Assembly: GCA_046759765.1 (NCBI GenBank)
Contig: JBHICV010000002.1
Coordinates: forward strand, 1 to 49,149
Reading direction: 5' to 3'
Source: Acidimicrobiia bacterium
Lineage (GTDB): Bacteria; Actinomycetota; Acidimicrobiia; Spongiisociales; CAZKJJ01
DNA: 49,149 nt
Shown here: piece by piece, positions 35,171-44,443 of the stretch
Position numbering within the stretch: position 1 is the first letter of the stretch
Layout of the letters: each line of letters starts with the position of its first letter
Program-made: the position numbers and the translations under genes
Notes under the pieces: generated by a model
Databases searched by the model: none
What the model was told of the DNA's origin: nothing
Seen by the model: only the letters and a program-made list of their open reading frames with translations

Positions 35171-35557
35171 GTGGGCAGTCCCGACTCCTCCGAGGATGGA
35201 CCCATCCAGTCGATCAGCGCGGTGACGCTCGCCACCCACGACATGGCGCGCTCGGTCGGCTTTTACGAAAGCCTCGGGTTCGAACTGCTTTACGGCGGAG
35301 GCGACGCAGCCTTCACGAGCTTCAGGGTCGGGACTGGTTTTCTCAACCTCATCGCCGAGACTCCTCAGCGGAAGTGGTCGTGGTGGGGGCGGATCATCTT
35401 TCATGTCCACGACGTCGATGGACTATATGAGCGGGTGACCGCGCTCGGCCTTTCTCCGGAGGCACCGCCGCAGGACGCCGAGTGGGGGGAGCGCTACTTT
35501 CACCTGACGGATCCTGACGGACATGAGCTCAGCTTCGCCCGGCTACTTAGGACGTGA
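35171..35557 (+). CDS. VOC (glyoxalase/bleomycin resistance) family protein
   Basis: 128 aa. HDMARSVGFYESLGF...HLTDPDGHELSF paired beta-alpha-beta-beta-beta signature. Confidence 0.8.
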   Translation: MGSPDSSEDGPIQSISAVTLATHDMARSVGFYESLGFELLYGGGDAAFTSFRVGTGFLNLIAETPQRKWSWWGRIIFHVHDVDGLYERVTALGLSPEAPPQDAEWGERYFHLTDPDGHELSFARLLRT

Positions 35558-35644
35558 GAGAGAGCTTTGCCTGCCCTCTGGGAGCTGGAGGCCCCGTGAA
35601 CGTGACGCCCCGATGGTGACCTAGGCGCCGGTCTCAGCCCTGTA

Positions 35645-36688
35645 TCAGTGTTCTCTGCTGACGACGATGAATCCGCCCACAATCCCGCCGGCTACGGCGA
35701 CCAGAATCAAGCTCGCCACTTCCAGCCACGGGGGCCCTGACTCCTCCAGACCCATTGCCTGCAGCTGATCATGAGTCGGCTCGAACCGGGTGAATCCGGC
35801 ATCAACATAGGAGGGCGGTGTGTCGCCGATGCCTACCGATAGGTCATAGACAACGTTCTCGGCTTCGGTCTCGAGCACCAGGTGTGTGAACCACCCCGAG
35901 GAGGGAATCCACTCCATGTTCACGTCCGAGCGAAGGTCGTTGAGAAGCAGGTCCCCCGCGCGCTCCGATCGCTCGATCGTGAGGCCTTCGCCGAACAGGA
36001 GATCTGGGCGATTAGGCGTGAGGAGAAAGACATCCGCTTCGATGATCTCGGAGTCGGGAACGGCTCCGTGGAGGATGTGAAGCGGAACCCACGGACGCTC
36101 GGTGGGCACGGTTATCTGAACCGGGATCCCGTCTCCGGACACGAAGTCGTCCTGAGCTGCCGCCTCTGGGTCGAACCGTGCGGCCAGGAAATACGGCGAT
36201 CTGCTGCCGTAGAACTCCAGCAGGTGCTCGGTCTCCGGACCTGGGGGCAGAGCGAAGCCGTTCTCATTCACCCAGGCCAACACTTCGTGCCCTCCTCCCC
36301 GCAGGACGACTACGTCCAGCGAGTCGATCCGTGTGCGGAACAGGACCTCGACATCGGCCGACAAGGTCGCCCGCTGCACCAAGCCCACGAAGGGAGGCGG
36401 TGGAGCGACCTCCAATTGCAGTCGCTGGAGCGTCCAGTCGCCCGCTCTCTTGACTTCGGTCGGCTCGGCAGGGAGAGGAATGATCGAACCGAAGGACTCG
36501 GCGGGGCCTTCGAAGGTGAAGTTGGTTATGTAGTGCTCGATGCCGTTCTCCCAGGCGACGAATGTCGTCGTCCGGCCTAGCTGAACGGCTCCGTTGGCCG
36601 AGACAAGGAAGCCGCACGCCCAGGCGGCGGGCGCTGTGATCAACAGCGCGACGGCCGAGACACTGATCACAGTGGCAATTCTCTGCAT
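35645..36688 (-). CDS. DUF2330-like exported protein with a C-terminal TM anchor
   Basis: A signal peptide ending AAWACGF is followed by a VAWENGIEHYI...IIPLPAEP pattern that I recall for DUF2330. The C-terminal helix is LILVAVAGGIVGGFIVV. Confidence 0.55.
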   Translation of the reverse strand: MQRIATVISVSAVALLITAPAAWACGFLVSANGAVQLGRTTTFVAWENGIEHYITNFTFEGPAESFGSIIPLPAEPTEVKRAGDWTLQRLQLEVAPPPPFVGLVQRATLSADVEVLFRTRIDSLDVVVLRGGGHEVLAWVNENGFALPPGPETEHLLEFYGSRSPYFLAARFDPEAAAQDDFVSGDGIPVQITVPTERPWVPLHILHGAVPDSEIIEADVFLLTPNRPDLLFGEGLTIERSERAGDLLLNDLRSDVNMEWIPSSGWFTHLVLETEAENVVYDLSVGIGDTPPSYVDAGFTRFEPTHDQLQAMGLEESGPPWLEVASLILVAVAGGIVGGFIVVSREH

Positions 36689-36798
36689 CGTTCCACTCCA
36701 TGGTCGAGTTACTCCTTGGATGCGGCGAAGGAGCGCCGGAGTTCCCGACCAGGCGAAGTCACGAGCAGCTACCGCCGGAGTAAGGGGCGATCGCTGAG

Positions 36799-37839
36799 GT
36801 GGTGAGTTACTTCTATCGTGTCGCTATCCGTTACTTCATCACCGGAGCGACCGGTTTCCTGGGCGGCAAGGTTGCGCGCCAGCTACTGGATGACGGACAC
36901 GAGCTCGTCGTGCTCGCTCGCGATCTCACGAGAGCCGCCGACCTGGCCGAGGCTGGAGGTGTCGTTTATCAGGGCGACATCACGGACAGAGCCTCGCTTC
37001 GGACCGCTATGGAAGGCACAGACGGTGTGTTCCACCTGGCAGGTTGGTACAGAGTGGGGGCACGCGACCCGACGCCGGCGCAGGTCATCAACGTCCAAGG
37101 CACCCGGAACGTCCTCGAGGTTATGGCAGAGCTCGAGATCCCGAAGGGCGTTTATACGAGCACCTTGGCCGTCAACTCGGACACCCACGGTGAGATCGTG
37201 GATGAGTCGTATCGATTCGTCGGTGAGCACCTTTCCCACTATGACCGGACCAAGTGGGAGGCCCACGAGAAGATCGCCCGGCCGATGATCCAGGACGGTC
37301 TACCGCTCGTCGTGGTTCTTCCCGGTGTCATCTACGGGCTTGGAGACCATTCCTCTATCGGGGATACGATCGCCCGGTTTCTACGGGGCCGGCTACCGGC
37401 CGTTCCGCAAGGCGCCGCCTACTGCTGGGGCCACGTCGCCGACGTAGCGAGGGCGCACAGCTTGGCGATGGAGCGCGGTTCGATAGGTTCTGAGTACATC
37501 GTGGCCGGTCCTGCAGCGACGATCTGGGAGGCGCTGACGATTGCGGCCCAGGTCTCGGGCAGGCAACCGCCTCGCTTCCAGGCACCAGCAAGCCTCCTGC
37601 GCGCAATCTCCGCGATCCTCGACCTGCCCGGCAGGCTTGTCCCTTGGGCGGCTGCCCAAGCTGAAGTCCTGCGCGTGGCGGCAGGCGTCACCTACCTCGG
37701 CGACAATGCACGAGCTCGCCAGCAGCTCGCGTATGCCCCGAGATCGCTGCAAGATGGATTCGCTGAATACATCCCGGCGCTGATGAATCGGATGGGGCTT
37801 CCCATGCAGGCAGGTAATCGTCCGAACAACAACGCGTAG
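36799..37839 (+). CDS. NAD-dependent epimerase/dehydratase (SDR) family protein
   Basis: ITGATGFLGGKVARQL Rossmann motif and YDRTK (YxxxK) catalytic motif. Confidence 0.85.
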   Translation: MVSYFYRVAIRYFITGATGFLGGKVARQLLDDGHELVVLARDLTRAADLAEAGGVVYQGDITDRASLRTAMEGTDGVFHLAGWYRVGARDPTPAQVINVQGTRNVLEVMAELEIPKGVYTSTLAVNSDTHGEIVDESYRFVGEHLSHYDRTKWEAHEKIARPMIQDGLPLVVVLPGVIYGLGDHSSIGDTIARFLRGRLPAVPQGAAYCWGHVADVARAHSLAMERGSIGSEYIVAGPAATIWEALTIAAQVSGRQPPRFQAPASLLRAISAILDLPGRLVPWAAAQAEVLRVAAGVTYLGDNARARQQLAYAPRSLQDGFAEYIPALMNRMGLPMQAGNRPNNNA

Positions 37840-38015
37840 CGAGGGACCGCCGGCTCAGCTGGCAAGTAAGTACTCGCGAAAGGCGGGAATTATGAATCCC
37901 AGCCGGCGTAAGAGTCGGAGGAAGGGGGATACTCCGTTGTCGCTCGGTGCGATATCAACGCCGACCGGGATTCCGTAGATTCATCGGTCGATTCTGGGGA
38001 GCACTTGAGAGAGCC

Positions 38016-38267
38016 GTGTCCTGGGAGGAATTGGGAGAAGGTGTCTACCGGCGGCATTACGAGTCGCTGAGGCTCAACATCGGCGTCGTTCTTGCCGATC
38101 AGGCGCGCGACGGATGGGAGAGCCACGTGCCGGCGCAGGAGCTGTCCGCTGGGGGTCCCTTTCCGGCCAACACCACTCGAACTGCCGTTGAGCGGGCCTA
38201 CGCCGAGCTTGAGGGCTATTTGAAGTCCTCGTGGATACGGCTGGGGGTGGGCCCCCGCTGGCCTTGA
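38016..38267 (+). pseudogene. Possible remnant of an MBL-fold metallo-hydrolase N-terminus
   Basis: (V)SWEELGEGVYRRHYESLRLNIGVVLAD resembles the N-terminal strand pair common in actinobacterial MBL-fold hydrolases. No HxHxDH motif follows, and the frame runs into the 3' end of dcd. Confidence 0.3.
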
Positions 38268-38776
38268 TACTTCGAGCCGACCTCACCCGTTCCATATGGG
38301 TGTTCGGCAGCTTCCGTGAGCTCGTAGAAAGAGACCTGGCCGATCCTCATCCCCGGGTAGATGGCGATTGGAAGCGTGGCAACGTTCGACAGCTCGAGAG
38401 TCAGATATCCGTCCCATCCGGGATCCACGAAGCCCGCCGTCGAATGGATAAGCAAACCCAGTCTTCCCAGGCTCGATTTGCCCTCCAGCCTGGCGACGAT
38501 GTCGTCGGAAAGTGCCACCCGCTCGAGCGTCGAACCCAACGCGAACTCACCGGGATGGAGCACGAACGGCTCGCCCTGGACCTCCACGAGCTTCGTCAGC
38601 TCCTCTTGCGGTTGCTTCGGGTCTATGTACGGATAGCGATGGTTCTCGAAGACCCTGAAATAGCGGTCGACTCTCAGGTCAATACTTGAGGGCTGGACGA
38701 ACTCCTCGCGGAACGGGTCAACGACAATTCGTCCGTCCGCTATGGCCTTCTTGATAGATATGTCCGACAGGATCAT
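38216..38776 (-). CDS. dcd: dCTP deaminase (possibly bifunctional dCTP deaminase/dUTPase type)
   Basis: [12 protein letters not shown]...[10 protein letters not shown]...[10 protein letters not shown]...DPGWDG.LTLEL. ATG 38776 is preceded by AGGAG. The longer ORF to 38845 runs through the tRNA gene and is rejected. Confidence 0.92.
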   Translation of the reverse strand: MILSDISIKKAIADGRIVVDPFREEFVQPSSIDLRVDRYFRVFENHRYPYIDPKQPQEELTKLVEVQGEPFVLHPGEFALGSTLERVALSDDIVARLEGKSSLGRLGLLIHSTAGFVDPGWDGYLTLELSNVATLPIAIYPGMRIGQVSFYELTEAAEHPYGTGEVGSKYQGQRGPTPSRIHEDFK

Positions 38777-38796
38777 CGCGACTCCTAGCCCGAGAG

Positions 38797-38867
38797 AGCG
38801 GGTGAGGGGAATCGAACCCCCGTCTCGAGCTTGGGAAGCTCGCATTCTGCCGTTGAACTACACCCGC
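38797..38867 (-). tRNA. tRNA-Gly (anticodon CCC)
   Basis: Minus-strand sequence GCGGGTGTAGTTCAACGGCAGAATGCGAGCTTCCCAAGCTCGAGACGGGGGTTCGATTCCCCTCACCCGCT. It folds by hand into a 71-nt cloverleaf: 7-bp acceptor, D arm GTTC/GAAT, anticodon stem CGAGC/GCTCG, loop TTCCCAA, T arm GGGGG-TTCGATT-CCCCT. CCA is not encoded. Confidence 0.9.
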
Positions 38868-38892
38868 CGGCTTTCCGATCGTAACAGCGAGC

Positions 38893-39105
38893 TCACAGGA
38901 GACTGGCGAGACCCCAGACTGCAAGCACGACCCCCACGATCAGGAGAAAGAGGACTCGGTTCCTCCGAAACTCGCCTTGAGCACCAGCCGGTCGCTTACC
39001 TCTCCGATGCTGCATCCAGGCCCACCCGTTCCCGGCCAGCAATGCCAATCCCAGCGCGAGCACGACCTGAGCAATGAGTGTGTCGAGCCCCAGCAGATTC
39101 TCCAC
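38893..39105 (-). CDS. Small hypothetical membrane protein (2 TM)
   Basis: 70-aa ORF with two hydrophobic helices separated by a basic loop (HRRGKRPAG). No homology recognised. Confidence 0.45.
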   Translation of the reverse strand: MENLLGLDTLIAQVVLALGLALLAGNGWAWMQHRRGKRPAGAQGEFRRNRVLFLLIVGVVLAVWGLASLL

Positions 39106-39196
39106 GGCAGATGACGGTAGCGAAGGCTGCCTGAGAACTGGTTGGGAGCGAAAAAGCGCGGAGAGTGCGTCTGGGAAGATGAGTAGGGTCCCAGAG

Positions 39197-39994
39197 ATGC
39201 GGCACTGCTACATCGTCAGGGTCTTCACGCGGGGCGATGAGGGCGGCAACCACTTAGGTGTCGTTACTGACAGCACCGGGCTGTCGGACAACGATATGCA
39301 GGCCATCGCCGCAGAGCTCGGGTTCTCGGAGACGATCTTCCTGTCATGGAAAGTCGAAAGCGAGCCGCCGACGGCACGTATCTTCACCCCCACTGTCGAG
39401 CTGCCCTTCGCCGGACACCCGCTGGTCGGAGCGTGCTGGGTTCTTTCGGTGATGGGCCCGGGTGGTGCCGATCGCATCATCTGCGGAATAGGAGAAGTAT
39501 CCCTAGCCGTCGAGGGGGAGATGGCTTGGGTTGAGACCGATCTGGATCAGCGAATCGAGACTCTGAACGATCCAATCCGAACCTCGACAGTTCACGGCCT
39601 TCCTCCGGCGAGGATTGCTCGCCGCGTGATGATGCCCATCCCGTATCTCCTGCTCGAGCTGGAGAGGCCCCAGGATGTTGCCTCGGTTGAGCTCGATCTG
39701 TCCCGGCTCGATCAGGGAGATCTGATCTATGTCTGTGCCTGGGAGTCCGAGACCGAGGTGAAGGCCCGGTTCTTCGCTCCCGGCGTCGGAGTGTTCGAGG
39801 ATCCTGCTACCGGTAGCGCGGCGGTGGCGCTAGCGGCCGCCCTTCAGTCGGCCGGCAAAAAGACCGGTGAACTGGAGATCCATCAGGGTGAAGAGGTGGG
39901 ACAACCCTCCACGATCCACTTGGCTTGGGCGGAAGGACGGGCTCGGATCGGAGGCACGGTTCGGAAAGACGAGGTCAGGGTCCTCGACTACTGA
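39197..39994 (+). CDS. PhzF-family isomerase-like protein
   Basis: VRVFT...GGNHLGVV, GFSETIFL, PFAGHPLVGA and ATGSAAVALAA motifs. The start is ATG 39197 or 39179. The upstream part of the ORF overlaps the divergent small gene. Confidence 0.82.
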   Translation: MRHCYIVRVFTRGDEGGNHLGVVTDSTGLSDNDMQAIAAELGFSETIFLSWKVESEPPTARIFTPTVELPFAGHPLVGACWVLSVMGPGGADRIICGIGEVSLAVEGEMAWVETDLDQRIETLNDPIRTSTVHGLPPARIARRVMMPIPYLLLELERPQDVASVELDLSRLDQGDLIYVCAWESETEVKARFFAPGVGVFEDPATGSAAVALAAALQSAGKKTGELEIHQGEEVGQPSTIHLAWAEGRARIGGTVRKDEVRVLDY

Positions 39995-40029
39995 GCTCAG
40001 TGTCGCCTCACACATAGACTGCGGCCACC

Positions 40030-40944
40030 ATGGCTGCCGAAGGCTCCCGCAAGGCTGTTATCGCTGCCTTTGTCGGCAACCTGGTCATCGCGGTGCTCAA
40101 GTTCGGGGCCGCGAGCATCACCCGCAGCGCGGCGATGCTGGCCGAGGGGTTCCACTCCGTGGCCGATGTCGGCAATCAGCTCTTGCTATTCCGAGGCATG
40201 CAGGCTGCGCGCAAGCCACCGGATGTCAAGCACCCATTTGGGCGGGGAAAGGAGGTCTACTTCTGGTCCTTCATGGTGGCGGTGATGCTCTTCGTCGGGG
40301 GAGCGGTGTTGTCGATCGTGCGAGGCCTCGACTCGATCCGTGCTGATCACCAGATCGAGAACGTTGTTCCCTCGTTCATTGTTCTAGGCATTGCTTTCAT
40401 CATCGAGACCTTTGCCTTCCGTGTGGCAAGGCGCGAGTTCAACGCCGAGCGAGGGACGCGCGGGATCTGGCGTTCGATGCGTGAGACCACCGACACGATG
40501 ACGCTGGTGGTGCTTCTGGAGGATTCGGCTGCTATGACCGGACTGTTGATCGCGGCGGTCGGGTTGGGATTGGCCGCTGGCACTGGTAACTCGGTATGGG
40601 ATGGCATCGCTTCGATTGGGATCGGGGTGCTCCTCGCCGTGGTTGCGGTCGTGCTAGCGGTGGAAACGAAAGCGCTGCTCATCGGAGAAGCGGCCAGTAG
40701 GTCCGATCGGGCGGCCGCCCGGATCGCGGTGCTTTCGCTGCCGGAGGTCGCGGCGGTAGGGCGACTTCTGACCATGCACCTCGGTCCGGAGTCGCTCCTG
40801 ATCAACATGGAGGTTGATCTCCACGACGGGCTGACGGACCGCGAGGTGGAGCGCTCCGTCGACGCGATAGAAGGCGCAATACGCGGAGTCCTGCCCGATG
40901 CGAAAGAGATCTCGGTTGAGGTCCGGTCCTTGACTCATGGCTGA
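40030..40944 (+). CDS. Cation diffusion facilitator family transporter
   Basis: Six predicted TM helices, SAAMLAEGFHSVAD motif, and a C-terminal cytoplasmic domain. Confidence 0.88.
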   Translation: MAAEGSRKAVIAAFVGNLVIAVLKFGAASITRSAAMLAEGFHSVADVGNQLLLFRGMQAARKPPDVKHPFGRGKEVYFWSFMVAVMLFVGGAVLSIVRGLDSIRADHQIENVVPSFIVLGIAFIIETFAFRVARREFNAERGTRGIWRSMRETTDTMTLVVLLEDSAAMTGLLIAAVGLGLAAGTGNSVWDGIASIGIGVLLAVVAVVLAVETKALLIGEAASRSDRAAARIAVLSLPEVAAVGRLLTMHLGPESLLINMEVDLHDGLTDREVERSVDAIEGAIRGVLPDAKEISVEVRSLTHG

Positions 40945-41791
40945 GGCAACTGCCCCGGCCAGCGCGGCAAACCTGGGTGCGGGCTTTGACACCTTGGCTC
41001 TGGCCCTCGAGCTGCGTTGCCGCGTCGAGGCCCAGATAGCCGACGATTGGCAGACAAACCACCTTGGCCCGGAAGTTCCTCCCCCCGAGGATGCAGACAG
41101 GGTTCTCGAAGCGGCTCGGTTGGCGACAAGGAACACCCGGGCTCTCTCGATTGTCGTCCGCAATGAGATTCCCGTGGGCAGGGGGCTCGGGGCTTCTGCG
41201 GCCGCCGCGGTGGCCGGTTACGCGGCTGCTAAGAGAGCGCTGGACCAGGCTGTCTCCGCCGATCAAGCCCAGCAGGCCGCATCCGAGCTGGACGGCCACG
41301 CTGACAACGCGGCCGCGTCAGCCTTCGGGGGGCTCGTGGCGGTAACGGTGCGGGGGCGAGCGCGGAGGCTGCGGATTCACTCCGATCTCGAAGTCGTCGT
41401 TGCGGTCCCGGAAGAGCCGTTGCCGACTGACTGGGCCCGCGCGGTGCTGAGCGGACACGTTGACAGAGGTGTTGCTGTAAGAAGTATCGCTCGCGTCGTG
41501 GCTGTGGTGGAAGGTCTCCGCACGGCGGATCCAGGGCTGTTGGCGGACGCGATGGGAGACGAGCTCCACGAGCAGCCGCGCTCTGCGCTACGACCCGAGA
41601 TCGAAGACGTGCTCGCCGCGGCACGGGACGCAGGAGCAGTCTTCGCCTGTTGGAGCGGAGCCGGTCCTTCGGTTCTGGCCCTGGCGGCCGGACGCGAGCA
41701 GAGAGACCAAGTTGCGAAAGCCCTTTCTGACCATCTGGGGTCCGCAGGCCAGGTCATTAAGCCCCGGGTTGCCACCGAGGGCCTGATCTAA
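40937..41791 (+). CDS. thrB: Homoserine kinase
   Basis: PASAANLGAGFD and the GHMP motif IPVGRGLGASAAAAVAG, plus GHADNAAASAFGG. It overlaps the CDF stop by 8 nt. Confidence 0.85.
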   Translation: MAEATAPASAANLGAGFDTLALALELRCRVEAQIADDWQTNHLGPEVPPPEDADRVLEAARLATRNTRALSIVVRNEIPVGRGLGASAAAAVAGYAAAKRALDQAVSADQAQQAASELDGHADNAAASAFGGLVAVTVRGRARRLRIHSDLEVVVAVPEEPLPTDWARAVLSGHVDRGVAVRSIARVVAVVEGLRTADPGLLADAMGDELHEQPRSALRPEIEDVLAAARDAGAVFACWSGAGPSVLALAAGREQRDQVAKALSDHLGSAGQVIKPRVATEGLI

Positions 41792-41856
41792 CACCCACAG
41801 GTTGCGTTAGACCTCGGGAGCCACCAGACTCGACATGGCATCCAACCGGTTCTCGA

Positions 41857-41949
41857 ATGGGTTCTTTGGTCAAGAAGCGCCGTCAAAAGATGAGCAAGCA
41901 CAAGTATCGGAAGCGGCGCAAAGCACAGCGGCACAAGCGCAAGAAGTAA
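41857..41949 (+). CDS. 30S ribosomal protein bS22 (actinobacterial small basic protein)
   Basis: Hand translation gives MGSLVKKRRQKMSKHKYRKRRKAQRHKRKK (30 aa). This matches the MGSVIKKRRKRMSKKKHRK... pattern of bS22. It is below the ORF-track length cutoff. Confidence 0.8.
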   Translation: MGSLVKKRRQKMSKHKYRKRRKAQRHKRKK

Positions 41950-41966
41950 TCCCGTCTCGGATGCTG

Positions 41967-43028
41967 TCAGCTCGGTTGCTCTAGCCTCGCCGTCCCCACG
42001 GCTTGGGCAATCACTTTTCCGTCCTCACGGGAAAGGGCTGCCTCGCCTACGACTATTCGACGCCCCCGATGGGTAAGTCGTCCCACGACGCTGAGCAGCT
42101 GCCTCTGAGGAATCAACGGGCGCAGATAGTTCACTTTCATATCGAGCACACGCTCCCGTCCGCCCGGCAGAGCGAGGGTCTGCGCCGTAGCCGAGATCGC
42201 CCATTCGAGCACAGCCGCGACGAATCCTCCGTAGAGAGTTCCGGACGGGCTGGCCATCCATCCTGAGGCGATCACCTGACCCCCAATAACGCCCTCGGCG
42301 GCCTCGGTGGGACGGAGTCCGAGCAGCCACGCGATCGGGGGGAGCGGCAGCTCCCCCGACACCTGTGCCATCAACACGTCCAGACCTGAGACCGAACCCC
42401 ACACGTCGTCCGTAATCGGTTCGCCGAGCAGCGAACGTCGATAGGGTGCCTCACTAGCCGGTTCTCGACGGTCGATGTCGGGAACCAGGACGAGCGTAGG
42501 CTCGATCATCACCCGGGTAAGGCCTCTGGCCATCAACCGCTCCCCTCCGTAGACCTCTACTTCCGCCATCGCGGTGACCGCGTCGTGTGAGATCAGCTTT
42601 CCGACGCCGTACAGGTCCTCGCCGATCGAGGCCGTTGCTTCGACATAGGCCAGCGATAGCTCGACGGTTGGGATCGCAGTTCGGGGTGGCATGGCGGTCA
42701 TGACCGCACCGCCAAGAGGAGCATCGGCCAGGAAGGATGCCGCGGTAGTCGAGATCTCACCTCGGGCCGAGGCCAACCAGCTCGTTGCCGGCATGACGAA
42801 GACTATGCGTCCCTCGTCAACCTCGATCGGCCTCATGCCGGTCAGGAATTGGATCGCCGGCCGCGTTCCCTCGCCGTCTAACTCCCTCTTGCTGCGCTCG
42901 AAACCTGCGAGAGCCATCTCGTCGGGTGACTTCGGTCCGCCGGGAACCGCCTCGAAGTGGAACGGTGCGAAGTCGTCCGTCACTGCCAAGGGCTCTGGCA
43001 GTTGTATAGGCCGGTAGTCACAGCGCAA
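41967..43028 (-). CDS. Double hotdog-fold (PaaI-type) thioesterase-like protein
   Basis: 353 aa with two hotdog-like halves. The second half carries PSGTLYGGFVAAVLEWA, typical of PaaI/YdiI-like thioesterases. Confidence 0.7.
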   Translation of the reverse strand: MRCDYRPIQLPEPLAVTDDFAPFHFEAVPGGPKSPDEMALAGFERSKRELDGEGTRPAIQFLTGMRPIEVDEGRIVFVMPATSWLASARGEISTTAASFLADAPLGGAVMTAMPPRTAIPTVELSLAYVEATASIGEDLYGVGKLISHDAVTAMAEVEVYGGERLMARGLTRVMIEPTLVLVPDIDRREPASEAPYRRSLLGEPITDDVWGSVSGLDVLMAQVSGELPLPPIAWLLGLRPTEAAEGVIGGQVIASGWMASPSGTLYGGFVAAVLEWAISATAQTLALPGGRERVLDMKVNYLRPLIPQRQLLSVVGRLTHRGRRIVVGEAALSREDGKVIAQAVGTARLEQPS

Positions 43029-43413
43029 CAGCGACCGCGAAGATCGCCAGGCTCACGACCAGAATCGCCACTTCCAGCGTCGCCCTGGTTCGCGCCGGCA
43101 TCTCGCGCGCCGTGGTCTGATGCCAGTAGGTGAATCCCGCTGCGATGCCAACGAGCGTGAGCTTCAGCAAGAGCTTGCCGAAGAAGCCGCTGTCGGAAAG
43201 GGCTCCCCGGATCCTCCATAGCTGAACGATGCCCGTCACGATGAGCGTGGCCATTGCCACCCAGGCGACCGTGCCGAAACGGCGGGCCATGGCTTGAATC
43301 TGCTCCCGAGTCACCCCGGCCCGTCTGAGCGTTGGTATGAGAACGGCGAGTGTGATGAGTCCGCCCAGCCACACCGCCGCGGCGACGAGATGGAGGAAAC
43401 GCATGAGGTCCAT
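43018..43413 (-). CDS. CopD-domain-like small membrane protein (4 TM)
   Basis: LHLVAAAVWLGGLITL helix-1 motif typical of CopD/DUF2269-like proteins, with four hydrophobic helices. Confidence 0.55.
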   Translation of the reverse strand: MDLMRFLHLVAAAVWLGGLITLAVLIPTLRRAGVTREQIQAMARRFGTVAWVAMATLIVTGIVQLWRIRGALSDSGFFGKLLLKLTLVGIAAGFTYWHQTTAREMPARTRATLEVAILVVSLAIFAVAVAL

Positions 43414-43523
43414 CAGAATCCCACAGACACCAGAGGCGAGCGGGCCGCCGACATCACGCAGCCATCCTACGAACCGTGACTAAAGGAGGTTGAACGACAG
43501 CGCGAGAGGACCGAGGCCGAGGC

Positions 43524-44357
43524 TCAAGACTCCTTGAGAAACTGCTCGATCTCGGAGATCAGTTGGCTGACGCCTTCCGGGTTCATATCGGGCTCGGTGC
43601 TGTCGCTTTCGAGCTCGCGAATGTATGTGACTAGCTCCTCAGACTGGTACATGGCGTCGTCGACGCGACGCTCGAAATCCGATACTTCGCTGCCCAGTTC
43701 GTCCAGGTCGAACTCGATCTCGAGGATCTCGCCCATCTTGGCGAGCAGTGACAGGGCCACCTTGGGGTTGTGATTCGCCGCCAGGTAATGGGGCACCGCC
43801 GCCCACAAGGAGATCGTCTCGAGCCCCGCCCGGCGGAGCTGATCGTGAAGGCTCCCGATTATCCCCGTCGGCCCTTGATAGTCGGAGGCGAACAACTGAT
43901 ACCGGTGGATCATGTCGGGATCGGTGGCTACTCCAAAGATCGGAACGGGCAGCGTGTGCGCCACCCGGCCGATGAAGGCTCCCAGTGTTATTACCAACCC
44001 GACGCCACAGCTCTGGAGCACTTCGATTATCCCTTGGCAGTAGGTGCGCCAGCGGAGGTGAGGCTCCTCGCCGACCAGCACGATGAGATCTCGTCCCGCC
44101 ACGGTGACGACGTGGAACTCGGCTCCCGGCCAGTGGACCTGTCTGCTACCCCCGCCATCGACCTGCACCATCGGGCGCTGCATCTGGAAGTTGAAGAAGT
44201 CCTCCGGGTCAAGAGCCGCAAAAGGCGCCTCGGCGTGTTCGATCAAGAACTCGGCTGCTGCCGACGCTGAAGTGGACGCGTCACCCCAACCTTCGAAGGC
44301 CACGATCGCGACCGGATTCTCGAGCTCCGGCTCCGAGCGCCACTCGATGAAGTCCAT
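43524..44357 (-). CDS. PAC2 (proteasome assembly chaperone 2-like) family protein
   Basis: LENPVAIVAFEGWGDAS N-terminus and IGSLHDQL, matching in length and layout the actinobacterial PAC2 family. Confidence 0.8.
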   Translation of the reverse strand: MDFIEWRSEPELENPVAIVAFEGWGDASTSASAAAEFLIEHAEAPFAALDPEDFFNFQMQRPMVQVDGGGSRQVHWPGAEFHVVTVAGRDLIVLVGEEPHLRWRTYCQGIIEVLQSCGVGLVITLGAFIGRVAHTLPVPIFGVATDPDMIHRYQLFASDYQGPTGIIGSLHDQLRRAGLETISLWAAVPHYLAANHNPKVALSLLAKMGEILEIEFDLDELGSEVSDFERRVDDAMYQSEELVTYIRELESDSTEPDMNPEGVSQLISEIEQFLKES

Positions 44358-44443
44358 GGGACGCTCAGGGTAGTGGCTCTAGAAAGGTGTGGTCCCAGTG
44401 GCCGGGAACCGACGCCCCACTGTTCTGGGTACCCTGGCTGAAT

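Noticed and set aside
38797-38867. tRNA-Gly as an integration hotspot marking a genomic island
   Set aside because: No integrase, no direct repeat of the tRNA 3' end and no compositionally foreign block is visible on either side. The flanking genes (dcd, PhzF, CDF) look native.
40937-41791. thrB without hom/thrC, overlapping a CDF transporter gene, as a sign of a novel pathway
   Set aside because: Dispersed threonine-pathway genes are common. The 8-nt overlap only indicates co-transcription, and nothing else in the neighbourhood supports a functional link.
43482-43489. Strong SD-like AAAGGAGG on the plus strand between PAC2 and the CopD-like gene
   Set aside because: No plausible start codon or ORF follows on the plus strand. 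Both flanking genes are on the minus strand, so this is probably chance.
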